Shown here piece after piece: positions 8,899 through 16,847 of a DNA stretch of 36,492 nt (position 1 is its first letter; the number at the start of each line of letters is the position of its first letter). The position numbers were made by a program, and so were the translations under genes. The notes under the pieces were generated by a model, which saw only the letters and a list, made by a program, of their open reading frames with translations, was not told the DNA's origin and made no database searches. The DNA is from Sulfurovum sp. (GTDB lineage: Bacteria; Campylobacterota; Campylobacteria; Campylobacterales; Sulfurovaceae), in the NCBI GenBank assembly GCA_041546475.1, contig JBFEWI010000001.1:1-36492 (forward strand). The letters are read 5' to 3'.

Positions 8899-10113
8899 AT
8901 GCTTTTTAAGTACAAAGGGTTTGACAAAACAGGGAAAAAGGTCAAAGGTACTGTTACGGCAAGTTCTGAGGAAGAAGCAGGACAGAAACTTCGTACACAA
9001 AATATCTATCATGAAGGGCTTACCCCTACCAAAGAGTTTTCACTCGAAGCCTTTTCCAAACGTCAAATGCCGGGGGAACTGCTGAGTACTTTTTCCAAAG
9101 AACTCTCCTCTTATCTCAAGTCAGGCATGACCATACTCACTGCGGTCAAGCTTCTTGAGAACCAGCATGAAGGTGAAAAAAAATATGTCTCTTTTCTCAA
9201 CTCTGTCAAAACAATGATCGATGAGGGGAAGTCTCTCTACCATGCACTCAATACCCAAAAGGTCTATGCTCTGCCCGATTTTTTTCTTCAAAGCCTCAAT
9301 GTTGCAGGACAAGGGGGGAAAATGGTCGAGGTCCTTACCAACATGAGCCATTTTTTCTCTGCCCAGAACAAAGTCAAAAAACAGGTCAAGGGAGCGATGG
9401 TATATCCTGCTATTATTTTTACCGTTGCTATAGGAATGACCTCTTTTCTCATCGCTTTTGTGGTGCCCAAGATCACAGGCATCTTTGAAGACACCGGTCA
9501 GGCGCTTCCTCCGATCACTCAATTTGTACTTGGTCTGAGCGACTTTTTGACCGCCCATTATATTGCGATCATCGTGGTGATCCTCTCTGTGATCCTCATG
9601 TTTAAAATTGCCTATGCAAAAATCGAGACCTTTCATCTTATCGTTGATTCCATACTGCTGAAGATACCTGTTCTGGGACCGCTGATCCAAAATCATGAAC
9701 TTGGGAGGTTTTCGTACATCCTCTCCCTGATGCTCAGTTCAGGTGTTGCTTATGCCCAGGCAGTACAGCTTGCCAAGGCGACGTTTGCGAACCATGGCTT
9801 GCGTGACCTGTTTGAGAAAGCATCGGTAAAAGTGCTTGAAGGGAATAAACTCTCCAATGCACTTCAAATGTCAAAAGGCGTAAAGCTCAAACGCAATTTT
9901 ATGCAATCTCTGGCTCTGGGGGAAGAGTCGAGTGAAGTCGCACAGATACTTGACAATACCTCAGCACTCTATGCCGAAGAGAATGAGGACAAACTCAAAC
10001 TGCTTCTCAGCCTGCTTGAGCCGTTCATGATGCTCTTTATCGGTGCGGTTGTGGGTATCATCGTGGCAGCAATGCTTCTGCCTATCTTTACTATGACACA
10101 AGGATTACAATAA
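8899..10113 (+). CDS. gspF: T2SS inner-membrane platform protein GspF
   Basis: 'FKYKGFDKTGKKVKG' start, 'AMVYP...FVVP', 'GEES', 'LLEP..MLF...MLLPIF' two-domain T2SSF pattern. Confidence 0.93.
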   Translation: MLFKYKGFDKTGKKVKGTVTASSEEEAGQKLRTQNIYHEGLTPTKEFSLEAFSKRQMPGELLSTFSKELSSYLKSGMTILTAVKLLENQHEGEKKYVSFLNSVKTMIDEGKSLYHALNTQKVYALPDFFLQSLNVAGQGGKMVEVLTNMSHFFSAQNKVKKQVKGAMVYPAIIFTVAIGMTSFLIAFVVPKITGIFEDTGQALPPITQFVLGLSDFLTAHYIAIIVVILSVILMFKIAYAKIETFHLIVDSILLKIPVLGPLIQNHELGRFSYILSLMLSSGVAYAQAVQLAKATFANHGLRDLFEKASVKVLEGNKLSNALQMSKGVKLKRNFMQSLALGEESSEVAQILDNTSALYAEENEDKLKLLLSLLEPFMMLFIGAVVGIIVAAMLLPIFTMTQGLQ

Positions 10114-10168
10114 AATGTTGAATATAAAAAATAAAAAAGGATTACAATAAAATGTTGAATATAAAAAA
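10100..10168. repeat. Tandem direct repeat, 2 x 32 bp (period 37)
   Basis: AAGGATTACAATAAAATGTTGAATATAAAAAA at 10100-10131 and 10137-10168. Confidence 0.95.
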
Positions 10169-10889
10169 AGTTGCACCCGTCCTACTACTGCTCACGCTAA
10201 ACCAGCTTCATGCCGATACGGCAGGGGGAGAGATCTCCCTCGGATTTTTCAATCATCAGCCAAACGGCGATGCCTCATATAAAGGGAGCGCTGTAGATAT
10301 TGAGGATACGCTGGGCTTCAGTGAAGAGCAGGATACCTTTATCAAAGCCTATCTGGAGCATCCTATGCCTCTCATCCCCAATATAAAATTGGGATATACT
10401 GCACTTTCACATGAAGGAAGCAGCAATGTCATTGACTTCACATGGGGAGATCATACCTATAACAGTGCGATAGAGAGCAGCCTCTCTCTTGACATGACCG
10501 ACGTCACACTCTATTATGAATTGCTTGATAATTGGGCTGAGACAGATGCCGGGCTTACCCTCAGATATGTCTCTGGAGATATAGGTGTGCGCAGCAATGT
10601 AAGCAGTGATGTTGCAGACTTTACAGCCTGGGTTCCGATGATCTACGGTAAAGTACGTTTTACTGTGCCTGCCACGGATCTCTCTTTTCAGCTCGAGGGC
10701 AATGCCGTCAGCTACTGGGATATCACCGCTTACGATTATGAAATCTCAGCCCGGTATACCCTGGCTATGGGACTGGGTCTGGAAGCAGGGTACAAAGCAT
10801 TTCATGTAGACAGTGATGAATTGCTCAACGGGTTTGATGCGAACGTGGATTTTTCGGGGCCTTACGCCGCTGCGATTTGGGACTTTTAA
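10152..10889 (+). CDS. Outer-membrane beta-barrel protein (TIGR04219-like)
   Basis: Signal peptide, 'EHPMPLIPN', 'D.TLYYELLDN', amphipathic strands, C-terminal aromatic (WDF). Confidence 0.75.
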   Translation: MLNIKKVAPVLLLLTLNQLHADTAGGEISLGFFNHQPNGDASYKGSAVDIEDTLGFSEEQDTFIKAYLEHPMPLIPNIKLGYTALSHEGSSNVIDFTWGDHTYNSAIESSLSLDMTDVTLYYELLDNWAETDAGLTLRYVSGDIGVRSNVSSDVADFTAWVPMIYGKVRFTVPATDLSFQLEGNAVSYWDITAYDYEISARYTLAMGLGLEAGYKAFHVDSDELLNGFDANVDFSGPYAAAIWDF

Positions 10890-11374
10890 TGGCTAAACAG
10901 CGTTTTAGAGAGATCAAACAGGGAAAGGTGAAAGCAGATACACCCAAAGTGAAATCTTCATCAAATCCAAATGACTATGCCTCATCCGGCATGAAAATAA
11001 AGGCGTTTCTAACCGATGCTTTCATGCTTCTCATGCCTATCATGTATATTGTTTTTTACCTTGTGATGGATGGCAGAGAGGATTTTGCGGAACACAAAAT
11101 TCTAGGGTGGTTCTATATACTTCTCCCTTTGGTCATACTGCAAACACTTTTTATGTATAAGACGGGACAAACACCGGGATATCGTGCCTACAACATTATA
11201 CTCATTGATGAACATACCAAAAAGAGACCTTCTCTTTTTATCATCCTTTTTAGGAACCTTGCTGCAATCCTTTCACTCTTCACCTTTTTGGGGTGGATAA
11301 TGATGTTTTTTAGGAGAGATAACAAAACACTGCATGACCTCTTGTCTGCAACGGCGGTTGTCAACAAAAAATGA
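10889..11374 (+). CDS. RDD family membrane protein
   Basis: 'KAFLTD', 'GQTPG', 'LHDLLSATAVV' RDD-type motifs; start ATG 10889 overlaps the previous TAA. Confidence 0.8.
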   Translation: MAKQRFREIKQGKVKADTPKVKSSSNPNDYASSGMKIKAFLTDAFMLLMPIMYIVFYLVMDGREDFAEHKILGWFYILLPLVILQTLFMYKTGQTPGYRAYNIILIDEHTKKRPSLFIILFRNLAAILSLFTFLGWIMMFFRRDNKTLHDLLSATAVVNKK

Positions 11375-12489
11375 AACCGGCCAACAGATTTTTTTCACCG
11401 CTTTTAGGGGGGTACTACTTTTTTTACTTTGCCCTTGTCGGTATCTATCTTATCTTCCTGCCAAAAGTGTTGTTGGATCTGGGATATACCCCTTTGGAAG
11501 TGGGTATCATTTTTTCAGCTGCTCCCTTCATGCGCTTTCTGCTCCCTTTTGTGTTTCGGCATTTTCTCTCCCTGAGTCCAAAGGTCTATCAGCTTTCCCT
11601 GCTCTTTACCTTTGTGGGTACCCTACTTTTTTTAGCCACTGTAGAGGATTTTTGGATCTATCTTGCAGCAAACCTTCTTTTTGGTGCTGCAATGGGGATC
11701 TCACTCCCTTATGTTGAGACCATCGCACTGGCTTCTTTATCCAGACACATTTACGGCAGAGTACGACTGTGGGGTTCTCTTGGGTTTATGGGTATTGCAC
11801 TGTGGCTTGGGAGAGTACTTGACTCACCCTATGAAGCACTCTATTACTTAAGTGCTGTAGCCTTCTTAACCCTGCTTTTCGGTGCTATGCTGACAAGATA
11901 TGACAAGATCTCGCACTCTAGTCCGCAAGAAGATGCTTCATTTTCACTCACACAATTTTGGGCATTTTGGGTTTCTGTCTTTTTAATGCAAGTGGGGTTT
12001 GGCGGCTTCTATAACTTTTTTACCATCTACGAAACGGCACATGGCATTTCACTTGAAATGACAAGTTGGATGTGGAGTTTTGGCGTGATCTGTGAAATTG
12101 TTATGTACTACTTTCAAGGTCCCCTGCTGCAAAAGAACCTGCTTCGTATCCTGCAGTTTGCTACATTGGTCACTGCGTTCAGGTGGATGATACTCTATCT
12201 CTTCCCAGACTCGATCATCTTGACCTTTGCCTCACAGTCCCTGCATGCCATCGGTTTTGCACTCTACCATACTGCGGCAATCACCTATGTCTTTTCACTC
12301 TATACCCAGAAAAAACTTGCTCAGCAGTTTTTTCTGGGTATCGCATTTGGATTGGGAGGTTCGGTAGGGGCAGTACTTTCCGGTCAGGTCTACGGAGAGT
12401 ATCTTTTCCTGATAGAGTCTGTCATTACCTTTATGGCATTTGCCATCTTGCTGATACATCAAAGACGTAAAGAGAATGTAGCCCTATGA
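11371..12489 (+). CDS. MFS transporter (HcaT/LacY-like subgroup)
   Basis: About 12 hydrophobic segments; 'YGRVRLWGSLGF' and 'GVICEI' motifs. Confidence 0.85.
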   Translation: MKPANRFFSPLLGGYYFFYFALVGIYLIFLPKVLLDLGYTPLEVGIIFSAAPFMRFLLPFVFRHFLSLSPKVYQLSLLFTFVGTLLFLATVEDFWIYLAANLLFGAAMGISLPYVETIALASLSRHIYGRVRLWGSLGFMGIALWLGRVLDSPYEALYYLSAVAFLTLLFGAMLTRYDKISHSSPQEDASFSLTQFWAFWVSVFLMQVGFGGFYNFFTIYETAHGISLEMTSWMWSFGVICEIVMYYFQGPLLQKNLLRILQFATLVTAFRWMILYLFPDSIILTFASQSLHAIGFALYHTAAITYVFSLYTQKKLAQQFFLGIAFGLGGSVGAVLSGQVYGEYLFLIESVITFMAFAILLIHQRRKENVAL

Positions 12490-13067
12490 AAGAGATCACA
12501 ACTGTAGTTATCTTTGCCGGAGGAAAAAGTTCCCGTATGGGAGAGGACAAGGCACTACTCCCTTTTCCCAACTACCCTACACTGACCCAATTCCAGCAGG
12601 CTAAACTGAGTAGCTTGTTTAATGAAGTCTATATCTCGGCAAAAAAGAATAAATTTGATTTTGATTGCAGGGTGATCCAGGACAACTATCCGGAAAGCTC
12701 TCCGCTTGTAGGGATCATCTCTGTCTTTGAAATATTAACAGCAGACGAGGTTTTTATTTTGAGTGTGGATGCGCCCTTTGTCAATAAAGAGACCATAGAG
12801 AAACTTTTGGCACAAAATGAAAGCAGGTTCGATGCAATCGTTGCACAAAGTCCAAGCGGCATGCAGCCGCTCTGCGGACTCTATAAAAGATCTATCCTCC
12901 CTTTGGCCTATAGGCAACTGGAAAAAGAGAACCATAGACTGGGTGATCTGCTGCGCCTTGCCAATACCCTCTTTGTGACATTTGATGAAGATACACCGTT
13001 CACGAACCTGAACCGTCCCGAAGAGTATCAGCAAGCCCTTGAGCGTTTTGAAAACCGTGATACCTAG
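12486..13067 (+). CDS. mobA: Molybdenum cofactor guanylyltransferase
   Basis: 'AGGKSSRMGEDKALL', 'SPLVGI', 'VDAPF', 'PLCGLY', 'NLNRPEE'. Confidence 0.92.
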   Translation: MKEITTVVIFAGGKSSRMGEDKALLPFPNYPTLTQFQQAKLSSLFNEVYISAKKNKFDFDCRVIQDNYPESSPLVGIISVFEILTADEVFILSVDAPFVNKETIEKLLAQNESRFDAIVAQSPSGMQPLCGLYKRSILPLAYRQLEKENHRLGDLLRLANTLFVTFDEDTPFTNLNRPEEYQQALERFENRDT

Positions 13068-13963
13068 GCTTTTTGCCCCTCTATCATCTGCATCATCAGT
13101 TTTCTAGAGAAGAAGACAAACTTTTCAAACAGTGAACTATGATACTTGTCCTTATGATAGATCATCAGGAAATCTCTTTTACACTCAAAGTTCTCTACAG
13201 GAATTTTGCACAGTTTCCCTTCCTCGAGTTCATTTTTCACTGAGATCTTGGAGATACACGTCAGACATTCACCGTTCATCAAAATACTTTTAATGGACTC
13301 CGTATGTCCAAGTTCCAGGAAAATATTTAAATTATCCACCTTCTCTTTAATATAGCCCAAAAAGACCTCTCTTGTACCCGAACCCTCTTCTCTAAGGACC
13401 CATCTTTTTTGTTCCAGTTCATTGATCGTACACGGTTTGCAAAGCTCTTCATTTGCTGTGACAACCACCAGTTCATCCACCCCTATCTTCTCTTTGACAA
13501 TCTCCGAACCGGGAACAAGCCCTTCAACAAAACCTATATCGATCGTTCCCTCTTTGATCATATCTGCAATCTCTTTGGTATTCCCCTCTTTGAGTGTGAT
13601 CTTCACATCGGGATAAGAGCTCATATAGCTGCAGATAATGGCAGGCATCAAATAGTCTACGATCGTAGTACTAGCACCTACCCTGATCATCCCCTTGTTC
13701 TCTGAATTCTTAAATTCATACTCAATGTCTGAAAGCTTTTTAAAAATAGGGTCTATCTCTTTATAAAATGCACGTCCCACTTCATTCAGCACAAGTTTTT
13801 TATTGATCCGGTCAAATACAGGCCGACCCAAAATATTTTCCAGTTCTTTAATGGACATGGAGATCGCTGATTGGCTGAGCTTCATATCTTTAGCCACATT
13901 CGTCAAGTGTCCAGAGACCACAACATTGAGGAAGATCTCCATTTGTCTAAGTGTTAATTTCAT
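13064..13963 (-). CDS. LysR-family regulator (YeiE/CysL-like)
   Basis: N-terminal HTH 'LSQSAISMSIKELE', 'GASTTI', 'LREEGSGTRE'; divergent from a yeiH-like gene. Confidence 0.9.
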   Translation of the reverse strand: MKLTLRQMEIFLNVVVSGHLTNVAKDMKLSQSAISMSIKELENILGRPVFDRINKKLVLNEVGRAFYKEIDPIFKKLSDIEYEFKNSENKGMIRVGASTTIVDYLMPAIICSYMSSYPDVKITLKEGNTKEIADMIKEGTIDIGFVEGLVPGSEIVKEKIGVDELVVVTANEELCKPCTINELEQKRWVLREEGSGTREVFLGYIKEKVDNLNIFLELGHTESIKSILMNGECLTCISKISVKNELEEGKLCKIPVENFECKRDFLMIYHKDKYHSSLFEKFVFFSRKLMMQMIEGQKA

Positions 13964-14055
13964 ATTTTTTTCTCTTCTTTAGAATTGATTTTTATCATTT
14001 ATTACAAATAGTTTGTAAATTATATCAAAATTATAGTAGAATTCTGAAAATGTTA

Positions 14056-14068
14056 TCAATAATTTTGA
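14056..14068. promoter_or_regulatory. Candidate LysR T-N11-A site
   Basis: TCAA-TAATT-TTGA dyad in the LysR/yeiH intergenic region; a second dyad TTACAAA-TAG-TTTGTAA at 14002-14018. Confidence 0.35.
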
Positions 14069-14082
14069 ATTAAAGGATATTT

Positions 14083-15147
14083 ATGCCATTTTCTCCACAA
14101 AAGCGAAAGGGTACGATAAGCGGTATTCTATTTGTCGCTATCTTTGCAGCAGCTGCAACATTTATCTCAGATTTCCCTGCTGTACAGGCATTGGGTATCT
14201 CACCGCTTGTTATAGGTATCGTTATAGGTATTTTTTATGCCAATACGCTGCATAACCAGACTCCAGAAGCATGGCAGGGAGGGATCACTTTCTCAGCGAA
14301 AAAGATCCTTCGTTTTGCGATCGTCTTCTATGGTTTCCGACTGACGTTCCAAGAGATCATCGATGTCGGTATGGCAGGATTTCTTGTTTCACTTATCATG
14401 CTTGCTTCGACCTTTCTTCTTGGTACATGGCTAGGACACAGGATCTTCGGTATGGAAAAAGATACCTCTATGCTCACTGCTTCAGGGGCATCAGTGTGTG
14501 GTGCGGCCGCGGTACTTGCGACCGAACCTGTACTCAAATCTGAAGAGTATAAAGCAGCCATTGCAGTATCGATGGTGGTACTTTTCGGTACGATCTCTAT
14601 GTTCCTCTATCCGGTACTCTACACAGCGATCATTGAGCCTGCAGCAGGATTCCTTCATATGACAGCAAAAGAGTTCGGTATCTATGTAGGCGGTACGATC
14701 CATGAAGTGGCCCAAGTGGTTGCCGTACCTGCTTCCGTACCAGGTTCACCTAAAGAGATGGCAGATGCAGCGGTGATCGTTAAGATGACAAGGGTCATTA
14801 TGATCGCTCCGATGCTGATCATTCTTGGTATCTACCTAAGCTACAGTGCTAAAAAAGAGGGCGGTGCCGGTGAAAAAGTGAAACTGGTTATCCCTTGGTT
14901 TGCCGTTTACTTTATCGGTGTGGCTGGTTTTAACTCACTTCACCTTGTGCCTACGGATATCGTAAGTCTGATCAACGAGGTCGATACGTTCCTTCTGACG
15001 ATGGCAATGACTGCACTTGGTATGGGGACACGTTTTGCGAAGTTCAAAGGACTTGGACTCGCACCGGTCTATACCGCATCAGCTATGTTCGCATGGCTTG
15101 TTGTCGGTGGATTTATCATTACAAAAGCGGTTTGTTCGGTATTTTAA
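14083..15147 (+). CDS. YeiH-family (putative sulfate/sulfite exporter) membrane protein
   Basis: 'GASVCGAAAV', 'GGTIHEVAQV', 'VKMTRV', 'IPWF', 'MAMTALG'. Confidence 0.9.
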   Translation: MPFSPQKRKGTISGILFVAIFAAAATFISDFPAVQALGISPLVIGIVIGIFYANTLHNQTPEAWQGGITFSAKKILRFAIVFYGFRLTFQEIIDVGMAGFLVSLIMLASTFLLGTWLGHRIFGMEKDTSMLTASGASVCGAAAVLATEPVLKSEEYKAAIAVSMVVLFGTISMFLYPVLYTAIIEPAAGFLHMTAKEFGIYVGGTIHEVAQVVAVPASVPGSPKEMADAAVIVKMTRVIMIAPMLIILGIYLSYSAKKEGGAGEKVKLVIPWFAVYFIGVAGFNSLHLVPTDIVSLINEVDTFLLTMAMTALGMGTRFAKFKGLGLAPVYTASAMFAWLVVGGFIITKAVCSVF

Positions 15148-15169
15148 TACCGGACTTACCAGCCCTTTT

Positions 15170-16678
15170 CTATCTCCTTCTTCTATAACTGAGCGCTTCA
15201 AGTATATCCGATCTCTCTATCTCCTCATGTCCATTCAGATCAGCGATGGTACGTCCTACTTTTTTGATCGAGGCAATAGAGCGATGGGAGAGCGCAAAGC
15301 GTTGTATCGCACCCTCTAATATACCTAAAGCTTCACTATCTAGGATACAGCATACTTCTATCTCCTCTTCACGCAATTTACCATTGAGACGTTCCTGTCC
15401 ACGTGTTTTTTGCCTCTTAAATGCTTTAAGCACCTCTTGGTGCATATGGGCTGAACAAATGTCCCCTTTATCCTCCTTACTTACTTCCTGCATCACAACA
15501 AAAAGATCTATCCTGTCCAAAAACGGATCGGAAAGTTTGTTTTGATAACGTTTGATCTCCAGTTCTGAACACCTGCATGTTTTACTCTTGGAGAGCATAT
15601 TACCGCAGGGACAAGGATTCTGTGCTGCCACGAACATGATATCGGCTTCATATTCTATCTTGGCATTGACCCTTGCTATATGTACTTTTCTATCCTGCAA
15701 AGGTTCTCTAAGCGCTTCAAGAACTGCTTTGGAAAAGTGGGGAAGTTCATCAAAGAAGAGTATCCCTTTATGTGCAAGGGCAACCTCTCCTATCTTGGCT
15801 ACAGAGGATCCTCCACCGAAAATAGATGCAGAGGTGGCGGTGTGATGAGGGGCTCTTATAGGACGCAGGGCTGAAAAGCTAGGTGTCACACCATCCAAAA
15901 ACTGATGTTTGGCTATAGAGAGTATCTCCTCCTCAAAGAGCGGAGGCAGGATATCTTTGATACGTTTGGCGATCATGCTTTTCCCGCATCCCGGATTCCC
16001 TTCCATCAAAAAATTATGCATTCCGGCTGCTGCAATGAGCGAAGCTCTTTTGGCTACGGATTGCCCTTTGACATCACTAAAATCACACTCATATTTCTTT
16101 TCGTAATAATATGATCTCTCTTTCACTGTAAAGTTTTCCGCTTTATAAGAAAATGCCTGCACATTGGCTTTGAAATGCTTGCTCTTCAATATCTCTATCG
16201 CCTCGTTCAATGTATCCACAGCGATAAAATCTACCCCTGAGATATGGCTCAGGTAGGGGATGGACTCTTTAGGAACGATCGCCCGTTTGATCAAGCCCTG
16301 CTCCTTAAGAGAGAGTACCAGTGGGAAAAGCATGGAACTTGTTTTCACCTTTCCGTCCAATCCCAGTTCACCAAAGACAAAAAGTCCCTCCTCCTCTACT
16401 GTAGTTTTATGCATGGCAATGAGCAGTGCCATAGCAAGATCCAGGTGTGTGCCTGACTTCTTCAGGTCAGATGGACTCAGATTGATCGTAATTTTCAGCG
16501 GGGGAAAAACAAAATCATTGGTGAGCAGTGCGGACTTTGTCCTCTCTTTGGCCTCTTGAATGTCACTGCTGGCCAAACCGACCACCGTAAATCCCGGAAG
16601 TCCTTTCGTAAATGTCGCTTCCACTTCTATCACCTGCGCGTTCACACCCTCAAGTGTCGCACAGGTCAATCTGTTCAC
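15170..16678 (-). CDS. comM: YifB/ComM Mg-chelatase-like AAA+ ATPase
   Basis: 'GLPGFTVVGL', 'NLSPSDLKKSG', 'GNPGCGKSM', 'LFFDELP', 'NPCPCG', 'RTIADL'. Start set to GTG 16678 with a GAGGTG RBS rather than 16927. Confidence 0.9.
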   Translation of the reverse strand: MNRLTCATLEGVNAQVIEVEATFTKGLPGFTVVGLASSDIQEAKERTKSALLTNDFVFPPLKITINLSPSDLKKSGTHLDLAMALLIAMHKTTVEEEGLFVFGELGLDGKVKTSSMLFPLVLSLKEQGLIKRAIVPKESIPYLSHISGVDFIAVDTLNEAIEILKSKHFKANVQAFSYKAENFTVKERSYYYEKKYECDFSDVKGQSVAKRASLIAAAGMHNFLMEGNPGCGKSMIAKRIKDILPPLFEEEILSIAKHQFLDGVTPSFSALRPIRAPHHTATSASIFGGGSSVAKIGEVALAHKGILFFDELPHFSKAVLEALREPLQDRKVHIARVNAKIEYEADIMFVAAQNPCPCGNMLSKSKTCRCSELEIKRYQNKLSDPFLDRIDLFVVMQEVSKEDKGDICSAHMHQEVLKAFKRQKTRGQERLNGKLREEEIEVCCILDSEALGILEGAIQRFALSHRSIASIKKVGRTIADLNGHEEIERSDILEALSYRRRR

Positions 16679-16680
16679 TA

Positions 16681-16755
16681 TCACCTCTTTTTTAGCTTTT
16701 TCTTTGCCTTGGTTCTGTTGTTTTCGGGGTGGAGTACCACTATCTATTTTTGCAT
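16681..16755 (-). pseudogene. Possible collapsed remnant of a def-like gene
   Basis: Frame reads MQK*IVVLHPENNRTKAKKKLKKR*, resembling both ends of Def ([11 protein letters not shown] ... WKRRLKEA*). Very short, so it may be chance. Confidence 0.25.
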
Positions 16756-16847
16756 TCATACAGCTATGATGCATTAAATTTGGGAAAAAGTTTAAAAATA
16801 TGACAAATTGTAATATAATTTTATTCACATACATAAAAAGGAAGTCT

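Noticed and set aside
303-10113. Type IV pilus or competence pilus locus (comM is nearby)
   Set aside because: PDZ-type GspC, GspK- and GspG-type subunits and no PilT favour T2SS; comM's position is explained by its usual linkage to tig-clpP-def.
10100-10168. CRISPR mini-array
   Set aside because: Only two copies with a 5-bp gap, made of gene-junction sequence; no cas genes.
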